Assembly: GCA_965215885.1 (NCBI GenBank)
Contig: CBDCEW010000099.1
Coordinates: 1-64,000 of the forward strand
DNA length: 64,000 bases
Direction: 5' to 3'
Source: Candidatus Moanibacter sp.
GTDB taxonomy: Bacteria; Verrucomicrobiota; Verrucomicrobiia; Opitutales; UBA2987
Shown: positions 61,955-64,000 of the stretch, one piece after another
How the letters are laid out: each line of letters begins with the position of its first letter
Numbering within the stretch: the stretch's first letter is position 1
Translations under genes and position numbers: made by a program
Notes under the pieces: model-generated
The model's input: the letters and a program-made list of their open reading frames with translations, nothing else
Told to the model about the DNA's origin: nothing
Databases searched by the model: none

Positions 61955-62137
61955 CCCGAACATTTCACAAACCTTCTGCTACGACCGCGTATCTCACCGC
62001 GTCTCATAGCCTTCCCTTGCCCGGCGACCTCAGAGGGTTCCAACACGCTTTTCCCGGCTTGCCGGGACTGCGGAAAGGCTTTGATACGCAGCAATCTACA
62101 CAATCTCGCTACGAAGTGTGTGAAGTGTCCGGGCTAG
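61951..62137. mobile_element. MITE family A at the ggt stop codon
   Basis: Ends GTAGCCCGAACATTTCACA...TGTGAAGTGTCCGGGCTAG. Confidence 0.85.
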
Positions 62138-63625
62138 GAATCTCCGCGGCAAGGCCGGCCGTCAAGGCTTTGCCCAAGCGTTCCACGATCATCCGACCAT
62201 GGCTTTTCCGGTAGGCTTCGCGCAAGGCGGGACCGGCCCGCTGTTCGCGCAGATGGCGCTCGTCTCTGTAGAGATTGTGGATCTGCCGCACCACCCAGCC
62301 GGCCAGCTTCGGACTTATCCCGAGTCCGAAACTGGCTTCTAGTTCTCCAGCGACATTTTACCCCACGGCCTGTGTGCCAGTCGTAGAGCACCTCGCCGCC
62401 GGGTCGCCCGTAGACCCACAGGTATCCTTTCCTGCAGCCCTCTTTCTTGCCTGCGTCCGGATCCAGGTAGCGGATGGGCGTTTCGTCTGGATGTAACCGC
62501 CCTCGAACAATTGTAAGCACATGTAGTTGTAGATGGGTTTTAGCCATTGCGCTACCTGGTGGATCCAATCGAGCATGCTCTGGCGCGCCACCCTTACTCC
62601 GTAGCGTTCCCGGAAAATCTTCTCCTGCCGATACAACGGCAGGTGATCGACGTATTTGCTCAGTAATATGTGCACCAAAAGTCCAGGGATCCCTTTTTCA
62701 ATCAGCCGCGATGGTAATGGCGCCAGCACGGGAGGTTCCTGGGGCTTTTCGCGAGATACATATTTGCGCCGTATATAGCGCCGCCTGATAAATCGGGCCG
62801 GGAGCAAATCTAACTCTTCAGTGACTTCCTCACCGATCAACCGCCACTTTTGCGGTTCAACCTTCACCGCTTCGGGTTCGATTACGATCTCTTCGACTTC
62901 CAGGTGCTCGGGCAGACGCTGTCGCCTCGCCCCAGCTCCTTTGCGCGCCTTCGGCTCGGGTGGTGGCTCTGCCGTTTGCTCAGCGGGTTTGTTTTCCTCG
63001 GCCTGCTCCAGCCCGGCCAGGAGCAATTCCAGCTGTCCCGGATCGATCCGCTCGCTTTGGTTGCCTCCAAAGTAGCGCTTAATGAGCCAGCCGATCTTCT
63101 GACGTAAAAGCCGATTCTCCTCTCGGAGTTGCTCCAGCTCTGTTTGCAAAACCTCGACTTCAGGCATGAAAACAATACTAAACTAACGGTAATAAGAAAA
63201 GCAATACTTTTTCAAAAAAATCACTTTTTTTGACCTAACGCTGATACCAGGGCCGCATCTTCCCCTCCCTCAGGTCGATCCCGTTCAAGAGCATGCTCAA
63301 CGCTTCAGGGCGCAATGGAAGCTTCTGATCTTTCAAGTCCACTCCCTGCGGCCAGCTGAACCGACCCTTCTCTAATCGCTTTGCGAAAACCCATAACCCC
63401 GTGCCGTCCCAATACAGAATCTTGACCCGGTCCCGGCTGCGATTGCAGAAGACAAAGACCGCTCCGCTCAACGGGTCTTCCTTGAGCTGATTGGCCGCCA
63501 GGGCGTAGAGACCATTAAAACTCTTTCGCAGATCCGTTACTCCCACGGCCAGGAAAACCTTCATCGTTCCCGGTAAGCTCAGCATCCCGATTCCCTCAAC
63601 GCCTTCACCAGACTCGCCACTGTAA
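62138..63625 (-). mobile_element. IS66-family element remnant (tnpA tail, tnpB, broken tnpC)
   Basis: tnpC motifs RRQRLPEHL, KYVDHLPLYRQ, DETP and GYLWVY, with frameshifts and deletions and no C-terminus. Only VASLVKALRESGC* of tnpA remains. Confidence 0.88.
63235..63585 (-). CDS. tnpB: IS66 accessory protein TnpB
   Basis: Motifs TDLRKSFNGL, FVFCNRSRDRVKILYWDGTG and KRLEKGRFSWP. Confidence 0.95.
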   Translation of the reverse strand: MLSLPGTMKVFLAVGVTDLRKSFNGLYALAANQLKEDPLSGAVFVFCNRSRDRVKILYWDGTGLWVFAKRLEKGRFSWPQGVDLKDQKLPLRPEALSMLLNGIDLREGKMRPWYQR

Positions 63626-64000
63626 AACTGTTATCGGCGATGCCCGTAATCCGATGCCGTAGGTAAGACCTTCATCGCTCGCGTACGATTTGCATGAGGC
63701 GAGCGGTCGGAGAAATTCCCGCCTAAGATAACCGTTCCCATCATTAGGGGAAGATAAACGGGATCGTTTTTCTTGACGCTGCAGGTCATGCCAACACGCA
63801 CGCTTACGCTCGTCTTGTCCGGCATTTGCACAATTAATTTTCGTCCAGAATTTAGCAGCGGCGCCTCTTCGTATTTCGTATTTTGGGACCTTAACCCCTT
63901 TAGCCCAACCGGAGAATCCCTCTTTGACGGCGTCAAAGTATCCCTCATCATCGAGATCTCCGACCGCCACAAGGATCATCGACTTGGGACCGTAATGTTT
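63626..64000 (-). pseudogene. M16 (insulinase-family) peptidase fragment, frameshifted and truncated
   Basis: HYGPKSMILVAVGD, LMMGTVILGGNFS and EGLTYGI lie in alternating frames, fused directly to the IS66 remnant. Confidence 0.7.

Noticed and set aside
63235..63585. RNA-guided TnpB nuclease
   Set aside because: This is the 116-aa IS66 accessory TnpB, unrelated to IS200/IS605 TnpB.

Overview
This is a bacterial chromosome segment, most likely Verrucomicrobia (Opitutae-like), based on the PVC small basic protein, an LpxL-GT9 fusion and Opitutae-style secreted proteins. The housekeeping backbone includes prfB with its programmed +1 frameshift, surE, pnp, rpsO, LPS heptosyltransferases and msbA, serS, tilS, ftsH, cutA, rpoZ, smpB and ggt. 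Two accessory systems stand out. (1) A prokaryotic ubiquitin-like proteasome operon at 10316-17450 on the minus strand (arc-dop-UBact-prcB-prcA-pafA). Its 59-aa UBact modifier is missing from the ORF track, and dop is broken with a duplicated 3' end. (2) A five-gene operon at 48553-56071 on the plus strand that I cannot match to a named system: coiled-coil protein, ClpB-D2-type AAA+ ATPase, Ser/Thr kinase with C-terminal repeats, small radical-SAM protein, and Zn-ribbon/FHA protein. The window also holds a decayed ACP/MBOAT/acyl-adenylate ligase/sulfotransferase/GT2 surface-modification locus, an intact IS4 with 9-bp target duplication, truncated IS5/ISNCY-like and IS66 elements, two CTAG-bounded MITE families and REP-like repeats. 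Two genes carry short internal transposase fragments. Many single-base homopolymer indels suggest some pseudogenes are sequencing or assembly errors. All calls come from motif recognition by eye; no database searches were run.
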